Source: Cyanophora paradoxa CCMP329 (lineage: Eukaryota > Plantae > Glaucophyta). From it: a stretch of 64,000 nt of DNA. The notes beneath the pieces were generated by a model. The model searched no databases. It was not told the DNA's origin and saw nothing but the letters and a program-made list of their open reading frames with translations. Within the stretch, counting starts at the first letter, position 1. Each line of letters opens with the position of its first letter. This document shows, piece after piece, positions 1 to 10,217 of this stretch. Where the stretch lies: contig QPMI01000243.1 in NCBI GenBank assembly GCA_004431415.1, forward strand, positions 1 to 64,000, in the 5' to 3' direction. The position numbers and the translations under genes were made by a program.

Positions 1-2215
1 CCCCAACAGGCAGTACATGGTCACGGTCCGCGCCGCAACCCCCCCCCCCCCTCCCCCCCAATCCGTACCCCCGCCGACTCGCAGCTCCCGGCAGGTATCC
101 ATGCTCGAGATTTACAATGAGAAGGTCAAGGACCTGCGTGCGTGCCCCTGCAACCCGTCGGGCGCTCACGTACCCCCGCTGACACCGGCCCCCGCAGTGA
201 ACCCGAAGAGTGCGCCCTTGCACCCCCGCCACCCTGTCCCTCTCCCCCCCACCCCCACCCGCACCCGCGCCGGCACCTCTGCCGGCGTGACGCGGGGGCA
301 GTCAACCCGCCGGGGGGCCTGAACGTGCGGCAAGACAAGGTGCGGGGGGTGTACGTGGAGAGCCTCACGCCCATCCCCTGCAACTCCTACAAGGAGATCG
401 AGCAGCAGATGGAGAACGGTCCCCGCTCCCCCGCCCCCGCCCCCCGCCGCTGGCGTGCGAGGCGGGGCGGGCGGGGGGCGGCAGGGACGACGAACCGGAC
501 GGTCGCCTCGACGAACATGAACGCGACCTCCTCCCGCGCCCACACCGTCCGCCCCGCCCCCGCCCCCCGCCTCCACCGCCCCGACGCCCGCCCCCCCGGC
601 AGGTCTTCACCATCCAGTTCTCCATCGTCACGACCGAGGGCGGCCAGAAGAGCGAGATCGGCTCCAAGGCGCGCCCTGGATGCAGGGGGCCGTGCCGGGC
701 GGCTCCTGACGCTGCGCAGATCAACCTGGTGGACCTGGCGGGCTCGGAGCGGGCGGAGAGCACGGGCGCCACCGGCGACCGCCTCAAGGAGGGTCCGCCC
801 CGGGGGCCCCCGGGGTGCGGGGGCGGGGCGGGGGCGAGCGGGGCGGGGCAGGGTGCGCGATCAACCAGTCGCTCTCGGCGCTGGGCAACGTCATCTCCGC
901 CCTCGCCGACCAGTCCATGGGCAAGAAGGCCCGCACCCGCCCCCGCCCCCGCCCCCGCCCCGCCGGCGCCCCCCCCAACTGAGCTCCCCGCAGGGCGTCT
1001 TCGTGCCGTACCGCAACTCGGTGCTCACGCGGCTCCTCCAGGACGCCCTCGGGGGCAACTCGAAGACCATGCGCGCCCCGCCCCGCCCCGCCCCTCTCTC
1101 CTCGCACTGACGCGCGCCCCGCAGCATGATCGCGGCGCTGAGTCCGTGCCCCCCGCACCCCACGATGCCCCGGGCTCGGTCTGACGGGGGCCGGCGGGCA
1201 GGCCCGGCGGACATCAACTTCGAGGAGACGCTCTCGACGCTGCGCTACGCGGACCGCGCCAAGAAGATCAAGAACGCCGCCAAGAAGAACGAGAACCCCA
1301 CCGAGAAGGCCCGCCCCCGCCCCGCCCCTCCTCGCCCCCCCGCGGCTGACGCGCGCCGGCAGCTGATCCGGGAGCTGCGGGAGGAGAATGAGCGGCTGAA
1401 GAAGGCGATGGGCGGGGACGCGGCGGCGCTGGGGGGCGGGCCCGGGGCGGGCATCTCGAGCGAGGAGATCGAGCGGATGAAGAAGGAGAAGGAGGAGATC
1501 GAGCGGATGCTGCAGGAGCAGGCCAAGTCGTGGGAGGAGAAGCTCGCGGAGGCGAAGATGTCGGGCCTGGTGGGGGCCGGCGGGGACGCCGAGGAGCGGC
1601 GGGCCAAGCTCAAGAGCACGCCCCACATCAAGAACCTCAACGAGGACTCCATGCTCTCCGAGCAGGCCCGCCGCCCCCTCGCCCCCTCGCCCCGCGCCCC
1701 CCGCCCTGACGCCGCCGCCTCAGATCGTGTACTTCATCGAGGAGGGGAAGGCGATGCGGGTGGGGAAGAAGGACGCGCCGGAGCCGCGGCCGGAGATCAT
1801 CCTGACGGGGGCGACGGTGCTCAAGGTCCACTGCACCCTCGAGAACGAGGGCGGGCAGATCTTCGTCACCCCGGAGCCCGGCGCCAAGGTCACCGTCAAC
1901 GGGCAGCAGGCGGCGGGGCGCACGGGCCCCCTCCAGCACCTCTCCCGCCTCTTCCTCGGGCACCACGTGTGGCGCCTGCACGACCCGGCGAGCGACTCGC
2001 GGGAGGCGGCGGAGCAGTTCGACTGGGAGTTCGCGCAGCGGGAGCTGGCGGAGGCGCAGGGCCAGGGGATGAACCTGGCGGAGAAGGCGAAGGAGCTGGA
2101 CGAGGACGCGACGAAGAAGAAGGCGGAGATGGAGAGCAAGCTCTCGCGGCTCGAGGACGAGATCAAGGAGGCCTCCGTCGGCACCGCCATGGCCACCCGC
2201 CTCCGCGAGCTCCAG

Positions 2216-2251
<36 letters not shown>

Positions 2252-4508
2252 CGCCCCACCGGCCCCCGGCGGGGCGGCGCCGAGGCGCGGGGCGGGCAGG
2301 CGGAGCTGGAGAAGCAGAAGCACCTGAAGGAGGAGCTGGAGGAGGGCGCCATGAAGCGGAAGCGGGAGCTGGCGCTGATGGAGGACCAGCTGTCGCGGAT
2401 CATCCCCGAGGTGAACGAGATGAACACGATGGCGGAGGAGATGCGGCAGCGGACGGCCTTCGAGCTCAAGCTCGTCGACACCGTCCCCGAGGCCGCCCAC
2501 CTCTCCCCCCTCGAGGAGCTCCGCCAGCTCAAGAGGGTGCCCGGGGGGCCGGCGGGGCGCGCGCGCCCGGCGGGAGGCCCCGCCGACGGGCCGGGGCGCA
2601 GGTGGACGTGCAGCTGCGGGTGGTGAACGGGGCGACCAAGGCGGTGTGGACGTGGTCCCCCGACAAGTTCGACTCCCGCCTCCACATCGTCCGCGACCTC
2701 TACAACCGCTGGACCGAGGAGGGGCCCTTCCCCATCCCCCGCGACGAGAACGTCCGCCCCCGCCCCGCGCCCCCGCCCCCCGCGGGGCGCGGCTCAGGCG
2801 GGGGCGGGGGGGCAGCCGTTCTGGGACCCCCCCGAGGACACGCCGATCGGGCGGGCGCACCTCTACCTCGAGCCCCTCTCTTACCTCTTCGGTGCGCCCC
2901 CGCCCGCCCCGCCCCACGCGCCCCCGCCGGGGCCGGCCTGAGCGGCGGGGGGGCAGACATCGCGGAGACGCTGCCGATCGTGGACTTCAAGGGCAAGAAG
3001 GACGGCTCCATCCGCGTCGAGGCGCCCCGCCCCGCCCACGCGCCCCGCCCCCGGCCCCGCCCCCGCTCACGGGGCGGGCGCGGCGCGCAGATCATCCCGT
3101 GCACGCCCGACGGCAAGCACCTCGACCCCGAGCACGTCGGTGCGCCCCCGCCCCCGCGGCATCCGGAGCTGCGCGCGGGAGGCGATCGGGGGCGGGGGAC
3201 GGGGCAGAGGTGGACGACCCGATGGACCTCGTGGGGAAGCGCATGGACTTCATCGTCTCCGTCCCCGTCCTCCAGAACCTCCCCACCCAGAACTGCAACA
3301 AGGCGCCCCCTCCCGGGCCTTCCAAGCCGCCCCTCCTGGAGTCTCTAACGGCGGCGCGGGCGGTGGCAGGTGCGGGTGACGTACCGCTTCTACATCGGGG
3401 ACGACGACTACAGCACGGACTACTTCCCCACCCGCACCGCCAACCCCGCCTTCAACTACAGGCGCGCGCGAGCCGGCCCCTCCCCGCCAGACCCGCCAGA
3501 GCCGCCTCCGCCGCCTCCTGACGGCCTGGGGCGCGTGCAGGCGGCAGTTCACGATCGACCCCGTCACTGCCGACTTCGTCAACTACCTCAAGAGCGACGG
3601 TGCCTGCCGCCGGCCCCGCGCCGGCGCCCGTGGCTGCAGCTGACGCGCCCCGGGCGGCGCGCAGCGATCACCTTCCAGGTGACGGGCCAGCCGGACGCCT
3701 CGGAGCCGACGCCGTTCGACCCCAAGGGCGAGGCCGGGGGCGGGGGGCGGCCGGGCGGACGGCCGCGCACCGCCTCGACGCCCTTCGCGGCCCCCGACGA
3801 GGCCGTCCTCAGCGAGCTCCAGGCCCTCAAGCGCGAGAAGGTCCCGCCGCGCCGCCCGCCCCGCCGCCCCGCCCCGCCGAGCGCCCCCGCCCCGCAGGAG
3901 GCGATGCAGAAGGAGCTCGAGGAGGCGCGCCGCGCCAAGGCCGCCGCCGCCGCCGCGCCCCCGCCGGCCCCGCCCCCGCCCCCGCCGGCGCCGGCCCCGT
4001 CGGTGGGGAGCGCGGCGGTGAAGGAGGAGCTGGAGCGGGAGCGGCAGAGGGCGGCGGCGCTGGCTTCGGAGGTGGCCCGCAAGGACGCCGAGATGGCGAA
4101 GAAGGACGAGGAGCTCCGCTCCCTGCGCGCCAAGGCCGCCCAGCTCGAGGCCCTCGCGGAGAAGCTGCGGGAGGAGCAGGCGGAGAAGCGGATGGGGTCG
4201 ATGACGGCGGAGGACAAGGAGAAGTTCAAGCGGGAGATGGTCGACTCGCTCGCCAAGAGCAAGGACGAGCAGGCCCAGCGCAAGGCCGCCGCCTTCGGTG
4301 CCCCCCGCTCCCACCGCGCGCCGCGGCCGCCGGCGATGATCAGCTTCGCGGCTGACGCCCCCGGGGGGCAGCGGCGGTGTGGGAGCGGGCGGCGGGGAAG
4401 GAGGGGACGGCGCTGCAGCAGCGGGTGACGGCGGTGGCGGCGCAGAAGAAGGAGATCGAGGAGAAGCTCGCCCTCTCCCCGGACTCCAAGGTCTGCTCCC
4501 TCCAGTAG
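1..4508 (+). CDS. Kinesin-3 family motor (KIF28/KLP-6-like): motor, FHA, coiled coil, C-terminal CaaX; 5'-truncated by the window edge; ~23 introns
   Basis: Spliced translation gives [81 protein letters not shown], then PHIKNLNED (FHA lead-in), [11 protein letters not shown] and FWDPP. The last exon (4372-4508) ends SKVCSLQ-TAG. Confidence 0.93.
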
Positions 4509-5411
4509 GCCCCGCCCCTTCCGACATGTCAGCGGCCGCCGCGGCCGATGCCGCCCGCCTTATTCATCATTATTGCAAGTTTTCTATTCTCCGCTTCGCA
4601 ATCCCTCCTGTCCATGTCCTACGCTGCACCTGGCTCTTCTGCATCAACTCTCTGGCAGTATATGTGTTTGAATCTGCAATGTCTCGCTGATGCACTGATC
4701 AAGATCATGGGTTGCTCATGCAGCCCGCTGCTGCGCCCCTGTGCTACCTAAATATCCCGGCCCTCTAACAGGCTAGATTTTGCCATACTTACAGTTTGCC
4801 ATGATTTGTCAAGTTTAACGGTCGAGGCCTACAGCCGCTGATCATGACTTACCGGGGCACCGTGGCACTGGGGCATGAGCTTAGCTATCATAGTATCTAG
4901 ATCTCGGCCGCGGGGACGAGCCTTCCGAAGACTCACGCGGCCAGACGCCAGTGACGCGACGCGCCGCGGAGTCGATCCTCCAACAGCGCGCGCGATTGGT
5001 CACGGTCACGGTCCGAAGGTAATAGTGGCGAGCTCGAGCGTTGAGTCGGTGGCATGGCGGGCATCGGTCCCTCGAGGGCCTCCGGCCCGGGGGCCCTCTT
5101 CCCCCTCCGCCTGCTGCTGTAACCCCGCGAGATCGGCCAGAGCCAACGATGTCCACTCTCGAACAAACCGTGAACGTTGAACGCGCTACACGCGCGCCGC
5201 GCGCTCTCCCCGCTCTCGTCGTGAACGAGAACGCCCCGCTCTCTAGGTCGCCATCCCGATCGCGAGATAGGCCTAAATTGTAGAGGAGAAAGAAGTAAAT
5301 GAAGGAAAAGAAATCAAATGAATTGAATAAGAAGGGCGGACGCGGGGAGGAGGGGCGAGGAGGGGCGAGGAGGGAGGAAGGGAGGGGGGGGGGGGGGGGG
5401 GGGGCTCGGCG

Positions 5412-8400
5412 TCAGGCGGTGATGACGCTGAGGGTGGAGTGGAGGGCGGCGAGTATGCGCCCGGGCACCGAGTGCTGCCCCCCGCCTCAGCCGGCGCGCA
5501 GGCGGGCGAGGGGGCGGGGCGGGCGCACGGCATAGGTGGCGTCGGCGAGGGCGGCGGGGGCGCGGGCGGAGAGGGCGGAGAGGGCGAAGGAGCAGAGCCC
5601 GGCGAGCACCTCGGCCTCCTCGGTGGCGAACTCGGCGCCCTCGGGCCGGCGGTTGAAGGCGTGGACGACGCCCACGACGAGCCCCGGGCCGCCGCGCGCC
5701 GGGGCCCGCAGCGGGGCGAGCAGCATCGTCCGCAGCGAGAGGTGCTTCAGCGCCGCTGCGGGGCCCTCGGCGTCAGCTGCCGGCCCGCCCTCGAGCGGAG
5801 CGGCTGGCGGCGCACGGTCCTCCCACAGCGCCCGGGCGAGGCGCCTGCGCGGGGCACCGGTCAGAAGCGCGCGGAGGTGCCAGGCGGGGATGAGGGAGGG
5901 GAGGGGGCACCGGTCGGAGGCGGCGTCGCGGACGTTCATGATCTGCGGCGGGGTCAGCGCGGCGGCGAGGCGGGGGGGGGGGGGGGGGGGAGGGGGGGGG
6001 GATGGGGCGGGCCTGGCCGGAGGTGTACACGCGCGAGAGGATGCCCTCGTGCGCCGGTATCCTGCGGGGCGGTCAGGGAGGAGGGCACGAAGATGAAGGG
6101 GGTGCGCACGCGCGGAAGCCGGAGAGGAGGCGCGAGAGGGGGTCCACCAGCTGCTGCCCGTTCTGCGGCGAGGCGTGGGCGGGGAAGGGGGAAGGGGGGG
6201 GGGGGGGGGGGGGGGGCGGGCGGCGGGGGTGCGGACCGGGGGCGCGCCGGGCTTCTCGGCGAAGTAGACGACGATCTTCTCGCAGCGGAGGAGCTCGGCG
6301 GAGCGGGCGAGGAGCTCCTCGAGGGGCCGGAAGGGCTCGCCCCCCTTGAGGCCCGCCACCACGCACCGCGCCGCGTCCGAGGTCAGCTCCTGCAGGGAGG
6401 CGAGGGCGGAGCGGAGGCCGTGGTGCTGCGCCGCCCGCGCCGACGAGGCCGCGAACTGCTTCAGCAGGACGGTCAGCAGCTGCTCGTCCACCCGCGTGAA
6501 GCACGGCGGCCGGAGGCCCGTCGCCGTCCCGCCCTTGTTCGCCACCCGCACGACCCCCGCCACCCGCTGCGTCTCCGGGTCGAAGAACGGGACGTACATC
6601 ACCGAGGCCGGCAGGTTCCTGCCGGCGCGTGGGCGGGCGCTGCGGGCGGTGGCGAGGGGCGGGTCGGGGGGGGGGGCGGGCGCGGGGGCGGACCCCTTGA
6701 TGTGGTCGACGGCGGGGTCGAGGGAGGCGAGGGCGGCGGGCCTGGGCGGCCGCTGCGGCTCCCCGCTCGCCGCGCAGTGCCCCAGCCCGCCCCGCCCGAT
6801 CGTGACGGCCTCGGGCGCCGCCTCCGCCGGGTCGGCCTCGGGGCGGGCGTGGGGCGGGTAGGGGAGGCAGAGGCCGCGCGCGTGGTCCGCGAAGTGCAGC
6901 GACGCCAGCTCCGCCCCCGTCAGGTCGCTGCCGCCCCGCCCCTCAGCGCTCCCCGCCGCGAGGAGAACGCGGAGCGGCGGACCAGCAGCACTTCTCCATG
7001 GCGCGGCCGAGGTCGCCCCACTCGACCTCCTGCGTCAGCGTCTCCACGTGCTGCCGTCGCCCGCGTCACGCCGGCGGGGGCGGCAGGGGGGCGGGGGCCG
7101 GGGGGCGGGGCGGGCCCAGAGGAGGCGCTGGAGCTTCTCGACGGTGGTGGCGAGGGCGCGGACGGAGGGCGGGCCCCGCTGCTCGAGCGCCTCCCGCAGC
7201 CGCCACGCCGTCCCCAGCGCCACCCCCTCCACGAAGAGCTCCGTAAACTCCTCGTCCGGCACCCCGCCCGCCCCCGGTAGCCCCCGCCCCGGGCCCGCCC
7301 CCGCGCCCCCTCCCGGCAGCGGGGCGGGCCGGCGGGGAGGCGGCGGGCCGGCGGAGGGGCTGGGCGGGGCGCTGAGGCCCGGGATGTGGCCGAGGCGGGC
7401 GGCGAGGCCGGCGGCGTGGCTCTCGGCGTGCCCCGGGCCGTGCGGCGCGTGCCCGCTCTTCGGCGTGGCGGCCCCGAGGGCGGGCCCGAGGCCTGCAGCG
7501 AGCCGGCGCCCGGCGGGGAGGGCGAGGCGAGGACGGAGACGCGGCGCGGGGCGGCCCGGGGCCCGTGCGCCGGGGAGGCGGTGCCGGCGGCCGCGGGGCC
7601 CTCGCCGAAATCGAGCTCGACGGAGGTCTTGCCGCCGCGGAAGCGCAGGGCCTGCGCCACGCTCGAGTGCTTGGCCCGCACGGCGTCCTCCAGCGGCGTC
7701 GAGCCCCAGCGGTCCCGCGCGTTCACGGGGACCCCCAGGGCAAGCAGCTCCTCCACCATCTTCCGCTGGCCCTCGGCCGCCGCCACGTGCAGCGCCGTGC
7801 GCCGGTCGTAGTCCCCCGACTTGGGGTCGTACCCGCGGCGGATGAGCTCGCGCAGGCGGCGGATGTCGCCCTTGAAGGCGGCCTTGCAGAGGGCCTCCCC
7901 GGCCGACGTGTCCGCCGCGCTCTGCGCCGCCTCCGCCAGCTCCGCCGCCTCCGTCGCCCCCGTCGCCTCCGACGAGATCGACGCCAGCCGGTGCCGCCCT
8001 CCCCTGCAAGCCCCCGCTCGCCCCGCGCCCAGCGCCCGGCGCGGGCGGATGCACGGGGCGCACCGCGGCGGGCTGAAGACGGCCGAGTCGTGGTAGCCGA
8101 CGGAGCCTCTGCGGGCGCGGGGCGCGGCGGCCCCGAGCTGCCCCGCCGCCGTCGCCACCGCCGACGGGCCCGCCTTCAGCTCCGCGTACGTCACTGCGGC
8201 CCGCTCAGGCGGCGCGAAGAGACGGGAGAAGGAGGGCGGGGAGGGGGCGGACCGCCGCCCTTGGCGCGGAGGGCGGAGAGGACCTGGTGGTGCTCCATGC
8301 GGATCGCCTCCGTGACGGGGGTCTGGTTCCAGCGGTCCACGGCGTTCACGGCGGCGCCCTCCTCGAGCAGCAGGTGCACGACCTCGAGGAGGCCCTCGGT

Positions 8401-9978
8401 GGCCGCCGCGTGCAGCGCCGTCCGCCGGTCGTAGTCGGGCGTGTTGATGTCGAGCCCGGAGTCCATGAGGGCGTTCAGGGCGTCGAGGTCGCCCCGCTTG
8501 GCCGCCCCGATGAGGAGCCAGGCGCAGAGCGCGGCGTCCTCCTGCGCCTCGACCGCCGCCTCCGCCGCCGCGAGCTCCTCCCCGCTCAGCGTGGAGCGGC
8601 GGCGGCCGAGGGGGCGGTCGCGGAGGAAGCGGGCGGCCTCGGGGCGGCCGGCGACGACGGCGGCCATGAGGGGCGTCTGGCCCATCCGGTCCCGCGCCTC
8701 CGTGTCCGCCCCCAGGTCCAGCAGCAGGCCCATCGCCGCCAGCTGGCCCTCCCCCGCCGCCACGTGCAGCGCTGCCCCCCGGCCCGCCCCCGCGTCGGAC
8801 GGGGCGGGGGGCGCGAGGGCCGGGGGCGCGAGGGCGGGGCGGGCGGGGCGGACGGGTGCGGCGGTCGTAGTCGGGGCCGCTGAGGGGGACGCCGGCCTCG
8901 GCGAGCTCGGTGATGCGGATGAGGTCCCCGCTGGCGGCCGCCAGGCAGAGCTCCGACGCCCGCACCGTCGCCACCGTCACCGAGCCGCCCCCCTCCAGCC
9001 GCCCGCCCTTCTCCTCCGCGACGCGCAGGCGGTCGGCCAGCGACCGCACCCGCAGCCGCAGCGCGTCGTTCTCCTCCCGCGCCGTCTTCAGCTCCTTCGC
9101 CAGCCGCCGCTGCTCCAGCTTCGCCCGCGCCGCCTCCCGCCCGCCCCGCAGCCCCTCCTCCGCAGCAACCGCCGCCGACGGCCTGCACACGCCGCGCGGG
9201 ATCTTGGAGGGCGGCGTCGGCGGAGCGAGGGCGGGCGCGCACGGCTCGGGGCTCTGTGGGGAGCCGCCCTGGATCGGGGGCAGCCGGGCATCCTCCTCGT
9301 GCGCGAACGGCGCGGCGGCCGGCGCCGAGTGCGCCAGCGGCGCGCGCTGCCGCTCCGCCCGCGCCGGCCGCTTCGTCGGCGAGGCGGGGCCGGCGCCGGC
9401 GCAGGCCGCGCACGGCGGGCCGCAGGTGCAGCCCGGGGCGCGCTCGCGCTCCGAGGCCGGGGGCGGGCTGGGGCCGTTCTCAAGGCCGGCCTGGCGCAGG
9501 CGGTGCCGCAGGCTGGCGATGAGGCTGTCCTGCGCCTCCACCAGCTTCCGGTCGACCGCCGCCTGGTGCTGGAGCGCCGCCACCTTGTTCCTCAGCTGCT
9601 CGATCCCCCGCCGGTGCCGCTCCGTCCGCTCCCGGCACACCTCCGAGCACGGCCCGCCCGCCTCCGCGCCGGCGTCGGCGGGGCCGGGCGAGAGCGGGTA
9701 GGGCGAGAGCGGGTATCCGGGGGCGGCGCTCTTGGAGGTGGACGGCGTGGGCGCGACCAGCATCTCGGGGCCCGGCGAGATGAGCACCGGCATCGACATC
9801 GGCGAGCGCCGCAGGCTCGGCCCGGGCATCGAGAGAGGCGTGGGTAGCCTGCGGCAACCATTTAGAAGCGGCGGAAGGCTCGCAGCGCGGCTGGGCGACG
9901 AGGGGCTCGCCCATACGAATACGGGTCCGGCGGCGCGCCAGAGACCTCCACCGCCAGGCTCGTTCTCTTCCGGGGCAT
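5412..9978 (-). CDS. Coiled-coil + ankyrin-repeat + tandem GAF-domain protein; no catalytic domain recognised
   Basis: Three DYDRRT ankyrin units (two continuing ALHxAA.EG, e.g. AVNAVDRWNQTP and VPVNARDRWGSTPLEDA). GAF-like ends VAGVVRVANK...FTRVDEQLL and VVGVVHAFNRR...FATEEAEVL. Start ATG 9978 is inferred via an intron; stop at 5412. Confidence 0.8.
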
Positions 9979-10217
9979 GGCTGCTCGCTAAGAGCTAGCC
10001 GCCCGTGGGGGTGGCTGCTAGCTATCCTGGGCGCGGGCGCTGGCGACGCGCCAGGACCTCATACATGCGCTGCGCAGGCTTGTTTGATGTGACTAGGTGG
10101 ATCGCTGTTGCTAGCTATGTCTGGAATTTGTCGCCGAATTGTCGGGAAGGTGGGGCTACAACGACTTCGGTCCAACGACTTAGGGGGGTACTAGGCATCA
10201 GCGCAAAGCTTGGCGCG

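Noticed and set aside
26-4371. Introns as Introner-like mobile elements
   Set aside because: They share composition and short motifs but are not alignable copies, and I saw no terminal repeats or target-site duplications.
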